A stretch of DNA of 38,179 nt from an uncultured Bacilli bacterium (GTDB taxonomy: Bacteria > Bacillota_I > Bacilli_A > RF39 > UBA660), in NCBI GenBank assembly GCA_944358225.1, contig CALVQP010000001.1:1-38179 (forward strand), written 5' to 3'. Under the pieces are notes generated by a model. That model was given only the letters and a program-made list of their open reading frames with translations, was not told where the DNA came from and did not search any database. How positions within the stretch are numbered: the first letter of the stretch is position 1; each line of letters opens with the position of its first letter. Position numbers and translations under genes: made by a program. Shown piece by piece: positions 1 through 9,139 of this stretch.

Positions 1-53
1 AAACCATTTAATTTATCTTGAACAAGTTTTAATGCATATTCTTTATTATGCAT
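1..53 (-). CDS. N-terminal fragment of an unidentified protein (gene continues off the left edge)
   Basis: ATG on the complement of 51-53. An AAAGGAGA Shine-Dalgarno (complement of ~62-69) lies 9 nt upstream. The reading MHNKEYALKLVQDKLNG stays open to the window edge. Confidence 0.4.
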   Translation of the reverse strand, partial: MHNKEYALKLVQDKLNG

Positions 54-160
54 ATAAAAATATCTCCTTTCCAAAGAGATATTATATGTTAACGTCGGTG
101 ACATTTCTATTAATGATATGGTGACATTTAAAAAAAGGATTAACAACTTCAAAAAATAGA

Positions 161-189
161 TTGAATAAATAAATATAATTTATTATAAT
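161..189 (+). promoter_or_regulatory. sigma-A type promoter of the T-box/leuS transcription unit
   Basis: TTGAAT (161-166), 17-nt spacer, TATAAT (184-189), just upstream of the T-box leader. Confidence 0.6.
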
Positions 190-195
190 ATAACC

Positions 196-390
196 AAGCG
201 AAGAAAAAAGAGTAGTAATATATCTTACTTAAGAAGAGACTTAGTGGTTGGTGAAAACTAAGAAGTATATATATGAACTTGCTTTTGGATGTGATAGGTT
301 AATCCCCTTTAGAAGATCTAAAGCTAGTAATTACTAGGAATTAAGGTGGTACCACGACATTTTCGTCCTTATGATGAAGATGTCTTTTTT
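196..390 (+). promoter_or_regulatory. T-box leader (tRNA-sensing attenuator), probably Leu-specific
   Basis: Stem-I-like GCGAAGAAAAAAGAGTAGTAA and a GGTGAAAA distal-loop motif are present. The candidate specifier is GAA-CTT-G (CTT at 278-280, a Leu codon). The T-box sequence AAGGTGGTACCACG (343-356) overlaps the 5' arm of the terminator. The gene downstream is leuS. Confidence 0.8.
356..390 (+). terminator. intrinsic terminator of the T-box leader
   Basis: A 12-bp stem GACATTTTCGTC (356-367) / GATGAAGATGTC (373-384, two G-U pairs) with loop CTTAT, followed by T6 (385-390). Confidence 0.8.
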
Positions 391-407
391 ATAGAAAGAA
401 GGATTTT

Positions 408-788
408 ATGATTTATAATTTGTGCTTTTTTGGAATTTTGCTTGTTATAAGCTTGTTAATATTTATTATTATGTATTTGCGTAATATCAAGAAAAATAGA
501 CCTAGTAAAATAGGAAGTATCAACTATCTAATTTCCAAGTTTAATTTGGATAAGAAAAAATTAAATTACAAGTTTTTAGCTTTTATAGCTAGTATTACAA
601 ATGCTTTTATTATTTCTTTTACATGTACTGTAATTAGTATCTTACCGCTTGATTTAATTTGGCAAATGTTAATTGGCTTTGTAATGCTTTTTATTCTAAT
701 ATATTTATTCTATGAGTTAATTGGTAGATATTGTTTAAAGAAAGGCTGGAAGAAAAATGGAACTAAATCATCAAAAAATCGAAAGTAA
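408..788 (+). CDS. small integral membrane protein (about three hydrophobic helices), unknown function
   Basis: ORF of 126 aa with GAAGGA 7 nt upstream of the ATG. It has three long hydrophobic stretches. It sits between the T-box terminator and leuS and overlaps the leuS start by 32 nt. Confidence 0.55.
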   Translation: MIYNLCFFGILLVISLLIFIIMYLRNIKKNRPSKIGSINYLISKFNLDKKKLNYKFLAFIASITNAFIISFTCTVISILPLDLIWQMLIGFVMLFILIYLFYELIGRYCLKKGWKKNGTKSSKNRK

Positions 789-3579
789 ATGGCAAAAATA
801 TTGGGAAGAAAACGAAACTTTTAAAACTGATATTTATGATTTCAGCAAACCTAAATACTATGTTTTAGATATGTTTCCTTATCCTTCAGGTGTTGGTCTT
901 CATGCTGGACATTGTGAAGGATATACGGCTACAGATATAGTTTCTAGAATGAAACGTATGCAGGGATATAATGTTTTACATCCTATGGGCTATGATTCTT
1001 TTGGATTACCAGCTGAACAATATGCAGTCCAAACGGGAAACCATCCCGATGGATTTACGCAAAAGAATGTTGCTTATTTTACGGAACAATTAAAATCTTT
1101 AGGATACGATTATGATTGGACTAAAACTTTGCAAACAAGTGATCCTAAATTTTATAAATGGACACAATGGATATTTAAACAACTATTCAAGGATGGTTAT
1201 GCCAAGTATGTTGATATGCCAGTTAATTGGTGTGAAGAGTTAGGTACAGTTTTATCAAACGACGAAGTTATTGATGGTAAAAGTGAGCGTGGTGGTTATC
1301 CAGTTGTGCGTAAAAATATGCGTCAGCTATGCATCGATCAAGTTGCTTTTGCTGAAGCGTTACTTTCTGGCTTGGATGAACTTGACTGGCCAGAGTCTAC
1401 CAAAGAAATTCAACGCAATTGGATTGGTAAAAGTATTGGCGCTCATGTTGATTTTAAAGTCAAAGGCTTTGACGAAAAATTTACAGTTTTTACTACGCGT
1501 TGCGATACTTTATACGGAGCAACTTATTGTGTTTTAGCTCCTGAGCACAAATTAGTGGAAAAAATTACAACTTTAGAGCAACAAAAAGAATTAAGGACTT
1601 ACCAAAAAGCTAATGCATCTAAAATATATTTAGAGAATATATAATTAAATAAAGAAAAAACTGGTGTATTTACAGGTGCTTATGCAATAAATCCTGTCAA
1701 TAATAAAGAAATACCTATTTACATAAGTGATTATGTCTTAGCAAGTTATGGTACTGGTGCAATAATGGCTGTTCCAGCACATGATACTAGAGATTACGAA
1801 TTTGCCAAAAAATTTAATATTCCCATTATTCAAGTTTTAGAAGAAGAAACTGGTACTAAAGTAGCAGGTGAAACCAAGAAAAAATCTATTGTTGCAATTT
1901 TATACGATGAAAACCAAGATAAATACTTAACATTAAATTGTCATGATCTAGGTGGTTATTTATTTATTGGTGGAACCGTAAAAGATGATGAAGATCCTCT
2001 AACTTGTGTCAAAAGAGAAATAGCCGAAGAAACTGGCTATACTGATATAAGACTTATTAGAGAACTACCCAAAATAAATCATCACTATTATGCTAAAAAT
2101 AAAGATATCTATTTTAATACTGAAGCAACAGGATATTTCTTTGCTCTTAATTCTTCCAAAAAAGAATCCTTAAAATTAGATGCTGATGAAGTATTTGATA
2201 TAATTTGGCAAACTAAAGAAGAAATTCTAAAAAATGTAACTGATCAGTTACATGCCAAAACGTTCTTGTACGCTTTAAAAGATACAGCTATGACAGAAGA
2301 TGGAATTCATATTAATTCGGAAATTCTTAATGGTTTAAATAAAGAGGAAGCTATAACTAAAATGTTAAAACATTTAGAAGAAATTAAAGCTGGTTCTAAG
2401 CAAGTTAATTACAAATTTCGCGAATGGATATTTGCTCGTCAAAGATATTGGGGAGAACCAGTACCTATAGTACACATGGAAGATAACACTGATATTGTCT
2501 TAGAAGATGAACAGTTGCCTCTTATTTTACCTAAATTAAATGACTATAAAGGTAAAAATGGCCAATCACCTTTAGAAAACGCTATAGAGTGGAAAAATTA
2601 TGTTTCTAAAGACGGTAAAAAAGGAAAAAGAGAAACATCAACTATGCCTGGAAGTGCTGGCTCTAGCTGGTATTATCTTCGTTATATCGATCCGCAAAAT
2701 GATAATATTTTCTGTGATCCTAAGTTAGCTAAACATTGGATGCCAGTAGATTTATATATGGGTGGTCCAGAACATGCTGTAGGACATTTAATTTATTCGC
2801 GTATTTGGAATCACTACCTATATGATAAAGGATATTCTCCCGTTAAAGAGCCATTTAAAAAATTAGTGCATCAAGGTATGATACTAGGAGAAAATGGAAT
2901 AAAAATGGGAAAACGTTATCCAGAGTATGCTATTGATCCTAAAGACATTGCCAAAAAGTACGGAGCTGATACTTTAAGATTATACTTAATGTTTATGGGA
3001 CCGATTGAAGCTAGTAAACCATGGAGTGCCAAAGGCGTAGAAGGGGCTTACAAATTTGTGCAAAGAGTATTTAGATTTTTTACTGATGCGAGTAAAATAG
3101 TAGAAAATAACGATGGATCTTTGGATAAAATCTATCATGCTACGGTAAAAAAAGTTACTAATGATTTTGAAGCTTTAGCATTTAATACGGCAATTAGCCA
3201 ACTAATGATTTTTGTTAATGAATGTTATAAAGTAGGTTATTGCTATAAAGAATATGCTTTAGGATTTATCAAAATGATTAGTTGTATTACACCACATGCG
3301 GGGGAAGAAATGTGGGAAATCATGGGTCAAAAGGATACCATTGCTTATGCATCTTGGCCAAAATATGATGAAAGTAAAATTATTGATAAAGATGTAAATA
3401 TTGCTGTATCTATTAATGGCAAGTTAAGAACTACATTTAAAGTACCAATAGATACATCTAAAGAAGAGTTAGAAAAACTAGCTCTTGCTAATGAAAAAAT
3501 TCAAAAATATATCCAAGATAAAACAATTGTTAAAATAATCGTAGTTGTTAATAAAATAGTTAATATTGTTTTAAAATAA
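757..3579 (+). CDS. leuS: leucine--tRNA ligase, interrupted by one in-frame TAA (1642-1644) and carrying a ~150-aa Nudix-domain insertion (about 1840-2283)
   Basis: ORFs 757-1644 and 1765-3579 are in the same frame, and codons 1645-1764 read [40 protein letters not shown], which is continuous LeuRS sequence. Class I motifs are present: HAGH (HIGH-like), [23 protein letters not shown] and a KMGKR (KMSKS-like) loop. The Nudix box lies at 1972-2040. Confidence 0.92.
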
Positions 3580-3587
3580 TAAAAGCC

Positions 3588-4181
3588 TCACTTAAAGAGG
3601 TTTTTATTTAGCTTTAAAATTATAATTCTTTGTACCTGACGCTTTAATATTCTTAAAGCAGAATAAATAAGGCTTAAACTATATAAATCTTTTAGTACAT
3701 CTTCTTTTGTAGCAAAAAAATCACTTTTAACAATTATTTGGTTTTTAAAAGAAAGTAGTTTTAAAATATTTAAATTTATTGCCTGCATTTCTGGAAAATT
3801 ATCTATAACAGCAGAACAATTAAATAATTTGCATGCTAAATTAGCCGTAGTACACCCCTTATTTGATTGATATAAACATTTTCGACAACAACCATTGCAT
3901 TTATTATTATCAAGTTTTCGTTGAATAAAACATTTATTTTCTTTAAAACTACAAATATTTTTACTAAAGGCTATCTTATCGATTTTAAAACAAGCCGTCT
4001 CATAAATAAATTTAATTCTTTCTTTGCGTTTTTTAATATTTAAACTCTTTAAAATTTCTAAAAAATCCTCATTTTGTATATTTTTTGAGGGTTTAAAATA
4101 AATATTATGATATAAAAAACTCTTATAAAATTTAAGATGTTTCCAAAAAAATTTATTATCAGATACTTCTTTGATTTTCAT
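3588..4181 (-). CDS. Cys-rich hypothetical protein (possibly YkgJ/UPF0153-like metal-binding)
   Basis: ORF of 197 aa with the cluster CNGCCRKCLYQSNKGCTTANLACKLFNC. Its stop lies within the convergent leuS terminator hairpin. Confidence 0.4.
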   Translation of the reverse strand: MKIKEVSDNKFFWKHLKFYKSFLYHNIYFKPSKNIQNEDFLEILKSLNIKKRKERIKFIYETACFKIDKIAFSKNICSFKENKCFIQRKLDNNKCNGCCRKCLYQSNKGCTTANLACKLFNCSAVIDNFPEMQAINLNILKLLSFKNQIIVKSDFFATKEDVLKDLYSLSLIYSALRILKRQVQRIIILKLNKNLFK

Positions 4182-4302
4182 ACCTACAGACCTCTAATAA
4201 AAAATAACATAAATAACAATAATAAAGCAATTATGTTTTTTACTATATACTTAAAAGTCATTTGTTTGTATAATAAATTATAGTAGTAAGGAAGTGAAAT
4301 TA

Positions 4303-5011
4303 ATGAATAATAAATTACCTTTACATATTGGCATAATTATGGATGGTAATGGTCGATATGCGCAAATGTTTGGCAAACCTCGTAGTTGGGGGTCATCAAG
4401 AAGGAGCTAAAAATTTAAAAAAATTAACTAAATACATTTTTAAGAAAAATATTAAATATTTATCTGTTTATGCTTTTTCCACTGAAAATTTTAAAAGGCC
4501 AAAAGAAGAAGTAGATTATTTAATGAATCTTTTTATTTCCATGTTTACGCATGACTTTACCTTTTTATTAAAAGAAAATGTTAAAGTTGTTTTTTCTGGT
4601 CGTAAAAAAGATCTTCCTCTAAAAGTCATAAAAGCCATGCATGAAATGGAAGAAAAATCTAAAAATAATACTTCAGCTACGTTCAATGTTTGTTTAAATT
4701 ATGGTGCCCAAGATGAAATGGTGGATGCCGTTTATAAAATTAGTCAAAAAGTATTAAAACAAGAATTAAAGCTTAGCGAGATTACAAAAGAAGTTGTAGA
4801 AGATAATTTATATCAAAAATTACCACCTCTAGATTTAGTAATTCGTACCAGTGGTGAACAAAGACTAAGTAACTTTATGCTATGGCAATCTTCGTATGCG
4901 GAATTTTATTTTCCTAAATGTCATTTTCCTGAGTTTGATGAAAAAGAGTTTGATAAAGCGTTAGAAGCATATGCCTCAAGAGACCGTCGGTTCGGTAATG
5001 TAAGCAAATAA
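4303..5011 (+). CDS. uppS: undecaprenyl-diphosphate synthase (cis-prenyltransferase), reading frame broken by one extra G in a G5 run (4388-4392)
   Basis: ATG at 4303 follows AGGAAG and gives [30 protein letters not shown] (the IMDGNGRxA motif). The frame then shifts into ORF 4343-5011: HQEGAKNL...[11 protein letters not shown]...[23 protein letters not shown]...RRFG. Deleting one G restores a single uppS frame. Confidence 0.9.
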
Positions 5012-5031
5012 AAAACCCCTTTAAGAGAGGG
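5006..5031 (-). terminator. hairpin terminator, best oriented for the minus-strand tRNA pair (weakly bidirectional for uppS)
   Basis: Stem CCCTTT/AGAGGG (5017-5031). On the minus strand it is followed by GTTTTTTATTT. Confidence 0.45.
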
Positions 5032-5047
5032 ATAAAATTTTCTTAAA

Positions 5048-5124
5048 TGGTAACCCGTATGGGATTCGAACCCACGTATACCACCTTGAGAGGGTGGCGT
5101 GTTCAACCACTTCACCAACGGGTC
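5048..5124 (-). tRNA. tRNA-Glu (anticodon CUC)
   Basis: Cloverleaf read by hand: acceptor GACCCGT/ACGGGTT, a 3-bp D stem typical of tRNA-Glu, anticodon arm CCACC-CTCTCAA-GGTGG, T arm GTGGG-TTCGAAT-CCCAT, and an encoded CCA. Confidence 0.8.
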
Positions 5125-5127
5125 ATA

Positions 5128-5203
5128 TGGTTGCCCCAGTTAGATTCGAACTAACGAAATGACGGGGTCAGAGCCCGTTGCCTTACCGCTTGGCTATGGG
5201 GCA
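5128..5203 (-). tRNA. tRNA-Gln (anticodon CUG)
   Basis: Acceptor TGCCCCA/TGGGGCA, D arm AGCCAAGCGGTAAGGC, anticodon arm ACGGG-CTCTGAC-CCCGT, T arm GTTAG-TTCGAAT-CTAAC, and an encoded CCA. Confidence 0.85.
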
Positions 5204-5371
5204 GCAACAAAATGATTATAACATTAAAAAAATATTTTGAAAAGATAAAATATATAGAAAAATTGAAAAACAAAGCTACAAAAAATGTTAATTCATAGTT
5301 TAAAATATAGCCAAGACTATATAAAGCTTGGCTTTTTTGATATAATTATTTTACAAAAGGAAGCGATATTT

Positions 5372-6685
5372 ATGGAACAGACTTCTTTATTTGATATTCC
5401 TAAATTTGAACCCCTAGCATCAAGAATGCGCCCTCGGAGTTTAACTGAATTTGTTGGTCAAGCGCATTTAATTGGTGAAGGTAAGATTTTGCGTAGAATG
5501 ATTGAAGCTGATAATGTTTCATCAATGATTTTCTGGGGACCTCCGGGAGTAGGGAAGACAACATTGGCGCGAATTATCGCTAATGAAACTAAATCAGATT
5601 TTATTACGTTTTCCGCAGTTACTTCAGGTATCAAAGAAATAAAAAAGGTAATGGAAGATGCCGATAATAATAAAAGATTAGGAATTAAAACAATCGTATT
5701 TGTTGATGAAATTCATCGCTTTAATAAAGCTCAACAAGATGCATTTTTACCATTTGTTGAGAAGGGGTCAATTGTTTTAATCGGAGCAACCACGGAAAAT
5801 CCTTCCTTTGAAATTAATAATGCGTTACTTTCTCGGTGTCGTGTTTTTGTCTTAAAAGAATTATCAACTGAAGAAATTTTAGTATTATTAAAAAGAGCCA
5901 TAAGTGATTCTCGGGGCTTTGGCAATCAATCAGTAAATATTTCTGAAGAAAACTTAAGTATTATTGCTGCCTTTGCAAATGGCGATGCAAGAAGTGCGTT
6001 AACTAGTATTGATATGATTATTACTAATTCTTCACTAACAGAAGATGGATCTATCAATGTCACTAAAGAACTTATCGAAGAATGTTTAAGTAAAAAAACT
6101 TTACTTTATGATAAAAAGGGTTCAGAACACTATAATATCATTTCGGCTTTACATAAATCGATGCGTAATAGCGATCCTGATGCTGCTGTCTATTGGTTAG
6201 CTCGCATGCTAGAAAGCGGTGAAAATCCTTTATATATAGCTAGACGTTTAATTCGTTTTGCCTCTGAGGATATTGGCCTTGCTAATTCTAATGCTTTAAA
6301 TGTTGCCATAAATGCTTATCAAGCATCTTTCTATAACGGTATGCCAGAGTGTAATCTTAATTTGGCTCATGCTGTAATATATTTAAGTATGGCACCCAAG
6401 TCTAATGCAGTCCTAAAAGCCTATGAAAAGGCTAAACATGATGCTTTAAATACTATAGATGAGCCCGTTCCTTTACACTTGCGCAATGCTGTAACCAAAC
6501 TAGACCAAGAACTAGGGTATTCCAAAGATTATAAATATGCGCACAACGAAAAAAACAAAATTGCTAAAATGCCTTGTTTACCAGGAAATTTACAAAACCA
6601 AAGCTATTATGAACCAACTACTAACGGTCAAGAAAAAGCCATTAAAGATTTGTTACAATCAATTAAAAATTTCAAGGCCAAATAA
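5372..6685 (+). CDS. rarA: replication-associated recombination protein A (MgsA/RarA AAA+ ATPase)
   Basis: Walker A GPPGVGKTT, Walker B VFVDEIHRFNK, and the C-terminal MgsA region YWLARMLESGENPLYIARRL. I prefer the ATG at 5372 (AAAGGAAG upstream, MEQTSLFD...) to the ORF-track start at 5285. Confidence 0.92.
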   Translation: MEQTSLFDIPKFEPLASRMRPRSLTEFVGQAHLIGEGKILRRMIEADNVSSMIFWGPPGVGKTTLARIIANETKSDFITFSAVTSGIKEIKKVMEDADNNKRLGIKTIVFVDEIHRFNKAQQDAFLPFVEKGSIVLIGATTENPSFEINNALLSRCRVFVLKELSTEEILVLLKRAISDSRGFGNQSVNISEENLSIIAAFANGDARSALTSIDMIITNSSLTEDGSINVTKELIEECLSKKTLLYDKKGSEHYNIISALHKSMRNSDPDAAVYWLARMLESGENPLYIARRLIRFASEDIGLANSNALNVAINAYQASFYNGMPECNLNLAHAVIYLSMAPKSNAVLKAYEKAKHDALNTIDEPVPLHLRNAVTKLDQELGYSKDYKYAHNEKNKIAKMPCLPGNLQNQSYYEPTTNGQEKAIKDLLQSIKNFKAK

Positions 6686-6771
6686 GTGTCTATTACAATT
6701 ATAATTATAGTAAAAACTATTGTCAGTAAAAAATAATTATGCTAAACTTACTTAGTATGAAAGGATAAGAA

Positions 6772-7380
6772 ATGAAAAAGATTAGTAAATTATTTATCTT
6801 GAGTTTAGTTTTTTTAACATTTGCCGGTTGTGCAAGTGCTGATAAGAAAGAAAGTGAAAATGTGAATGAAGATTATTTAAGCGGAACAGTTAAAGCCGAA
6901 ATTGTTATTAAAGATTATGGAACAATCGCTTTAGACTTAGATGCTGATACAGCACCAATTACTGTAACTAATTTTGTCAAACTAGCTAAAGAAGGATTTT
7001 ATGACGGCCTAACTTTTCATCGTATAATGGAAGGCTTTATGATTCAAGGAGGCGACCCTGAAGGAAATGGTACTGGCGGAAGCGATGAAACTATAAAGGG
7101 AGAATTTAGTCAAAATGGGGTTGAAAATAATATTTCTCATGAAAGAGGAGTAATTTCCATGGCTAGAAGTCAGGATATGGATAGTGCTAGCAGTCAATTT
7201 TTTATAGTCCAAGCAGATAGCACTTATCTAGACGGAGCCTATGCTGGTTTTGGTCATGTAACATCAGGTATTGAAGTAGTTGATAAAATTGCTGCTGATG
7301 CTAATCCTACAGATAATAATGGAACTATTCCAGCTGATGAGCAACCCGTAATTGAAACTATAAAAATTCTAGATAACTAG
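6772..7380 (+). CDS. cyclophilin-type peptidyl-prolyl cis-trans isomerase, lipoprotein
   Basis: Signal peptide with lipobox FAGC. Cyclophilin motifs FHRIMEGFMIQGGDP and SQFFI are present. Confidence 0.9.
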   Translation: MKKISKLFILSLVFLTFAGCASADKKESENVNEDYLSGTVKAEIVIKDYGTIALDLDADTAPITVTNFVKLAKEGFYDGLTFHRIMEGFMIQGGDPEGNGTGGSDETIKGEFSQNGVENNISHERGVISMARSQDMDSASSQFFIVQADSTYLDGAYAGFGHVTSGIEVVDKIAADANPTDNNGTIPADEQPVIETIKILDN

Positions 7381-7439
7381 AATTTTTTAATTGCTTTATT
7401 CTAACTATTAATGTATTATAAAGTCTAGAGGAAGATAAT

Positions 7440-8159
7440 ATGTTAAACGACTTTGATAAATTATTAAATCTTTTTAAATTAACCAGAAAAAATAGAAAAA
7501 TATATGCCCAGGATCAGGAAGTAGGATACTTAAAAAAAACAAAAATAGATATCAAACAAATACAAGATAGTTTTGGTAATTTAAAATATGAATATATTAC
7601 CGGAGATGCTACAGACGATATTAAAACCGTCTATTGTTTATACGTCAAAATGCCAAATTTAAGTATTAAATCTGTCAATACTGATAAAAATCCTAAAATA
7701 TTTTGGATAAAATGTCATGATGATATTATTACTGTTGAAATAAGTCCGATTCATACAAAAATAAAAATCCCTGATATTTTAGAACTTTACTTAGTAAATA
7801 GAGATGAAAACTATCAAAATATAACATTTAAAACATATAAATGTATTAACTGTCAATATGAAAAAGATAGTATTTATTACAAACAAATTCATGATTTTAT
7901 TTCGACATATTTCTATGAACAAATATATAAAACCAATACTTTAAACGAAAATCAAACCACTACATCTTTAAGCTTAATTAATTATTTTTATGAAAAGGAT
8001 TATCAAGAAATATTAAAATCTATCCAAAAATATTTAAATAGTCATATTACGCCAACATTTTATGAAGATTTTTTAAATACTATTTTTACTACTAAAGAAG
8101 TTACTCAAGAGTTTGACTTTTTACTTTTAGATAAAAAATTAGTTTATAAACCAGAATAA
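7440..8159 (+). CDS. hypothetical protein
   Basis: ORF of 239 aa with GAGGAAG upstream. I recognise no motif. Confidence 0.5.
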   Translation: MLNDFDKLLNLFKLTRKNRKIYAQDQEVGYLKKTKIDIKQIQDSFGNLKYEYITGDATDDIKTVYCLYVKMPNLSIKSVNTDKNPKIFWIKCHDDIITVEISPIHTKIKIPDILELYLVNRDENYQNITFKTYKCINCQYEKDSIYYKQIHDFISTYFYEQIYKTNTLNENQTTTSLSLINYFYEKDYQEILKSIQKYLNSHITPTFYEDFLNTIFTTKEVTQEFDFLLLDKKLVYKPE

Positions 8160-8197
8160 AACCCTTACTAGTTTTCATACTAATAAGGGTGATTATA

Positions 8198-9139
8198 ATG
8201 AAAATTCATTTTGGTTATGCAGTTATTTCTAAAACTTTAGAGGCCCAAAAATTATTTAAAACTATTACTTATACTAATTATCAAAAAGAAAAAAATAATG
8301 ATAAATTAAAAGAAATTATTGACAATAATATTGAAGGATTTTTTGAAATATTAAAATATAATGTGAAAAACAATATTCATTTTTATCGTTTAAATTCATC
8401 ATTAATTCCTCTTGCAACCCATCAAAATGTTCGTTTTTCGTATCAAGAATATATAAAATTACGTTTAAATAATTTAGGAAAATACATCCAAGATAATAAT
8501 CTACGTATCGATACCCATCCCGATCAATACTGTGTTTTAAATAGTACCAAAAAGGAAGTGGTAGCATCTAGCATAGAAATATTAAAATATGAAGCCAGCA
8601 TTCTAAATATGTTGAAAATTACTCCCAGCAGAATAATTTTGCATATTGGCAGTAAAGAACGGTCTAAAGAAGAGGGAATAAAAAGATTTATCAAAAATTT
8701 TGCATTATTAGATCCATCTATTCAAAAGATGATCGCCATCGAAAATGATGATAAAGTTTACAATATCGTTGATACTTTACGCTTAGCTCAAAACTTAAAT
8801 ATTCCAATGGTATTAGATTATCATCACTATTTATGCAATCACGAGACCGAAAAATTAGAAGATTATTTTAAACAAATATTAGCTACCTGGAAAGGTGAAG
8901 TCCCTAAAATTCATTTTTCTTCGCCTAAAAGCAAATTAAAAAAGGACTTTAGGTCCCATCATGATTATATAAATGTGCAAGAATTTATTAAATTCATTGG
9001 CTTAATTAAGGAATTTAATCAAGATTTTGACGTAATGATAGAAGCAAAGATGAAAGATGAGGCTATGTTTCGTCTATTAAGAGAATTAAAATATTTAACA
9101 AACTATCACTTCTTAGATGAAACTACATTAATTATCTAA
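8198..9139 (+). CDS. uvsE: UV damage endonuclease (UvdE/UvsE family)
   Basis: FGYA near the N-terminus, IHFYRLNSSLIPLATH, and HPDQY...HIG...DYHHY resemble B. subtilis UvsE as I remember it. I prefer the ATG at 8198 (AAGGGTGA upstream) to the GTG at 8189. Confidence 0.8.
   Translation: MKIHFGYAVISKTLEAQKLFKTITYTNYQKEKNNDKLKEIIDNNIEGFFEILKYNVKNNIHFYRLNSSLIPLATHQNVRFSYQEYIKLRLNNLGKYIQDNNLRIDTHPDQYCVLNSTKKEVVASSIEILKYEASILNMLKITPSRIILHIGSKERSKEEGIKRFIKNFALLDPSIQKMIAIENDDKVYNIVDTLRLAQNLNIPMVLDYHHYLCNHETEKLEDYFKQILATWKGEVPKIHFSSPKSKLKKDFRSHHDYINVQEFIKFIGLIKEFNQDFDVMIEAKMKDEAMFRLLRELKYLTNYHFLDETTLII

Noticed and set aside
1271-1537. 88-aa ORF in an alternative frame inside leuS. The same category covers 5731-5925, 7009-7212, 8316-8567, 15397-15588, 15784-16047, 16987-17289, 23807-23989, 34949-35272, 37741-37938 and 37877-38107.
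   Set aside because: All are nested within or antisense to long ORFs with clear family motifs or strong coding signals. They have low-complexity AT-driven composition and no convincing RBS. They are typical shadow ORFs of AT-rich DNA.
1642-1644. Idea that TAA is reassigned to a sense codon in this organism.
   Set aside because: Many well-defined genes in the window (leuS itself, uppS, rarA, thyX neighbours, sigE and others) terminate at TAA at the expected protein ends. Global reassignment is therefore not tenable.
1645-1767. Idea that LeuRS is a naturally split two-subunit enzyme, as in Aquifex.
   Set aside because: There is no start codon or RBS after the TAA until Met at 1765. Forty conserved editing-domain codons would be lost, and the split point is not the known one.
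4921-5118. 65-aa minus-strand ORF.
   Set aside because: It overlaps the uppS 3' end and the tRNA-Glu gene. Its translation simply reads through tRNA sequence.
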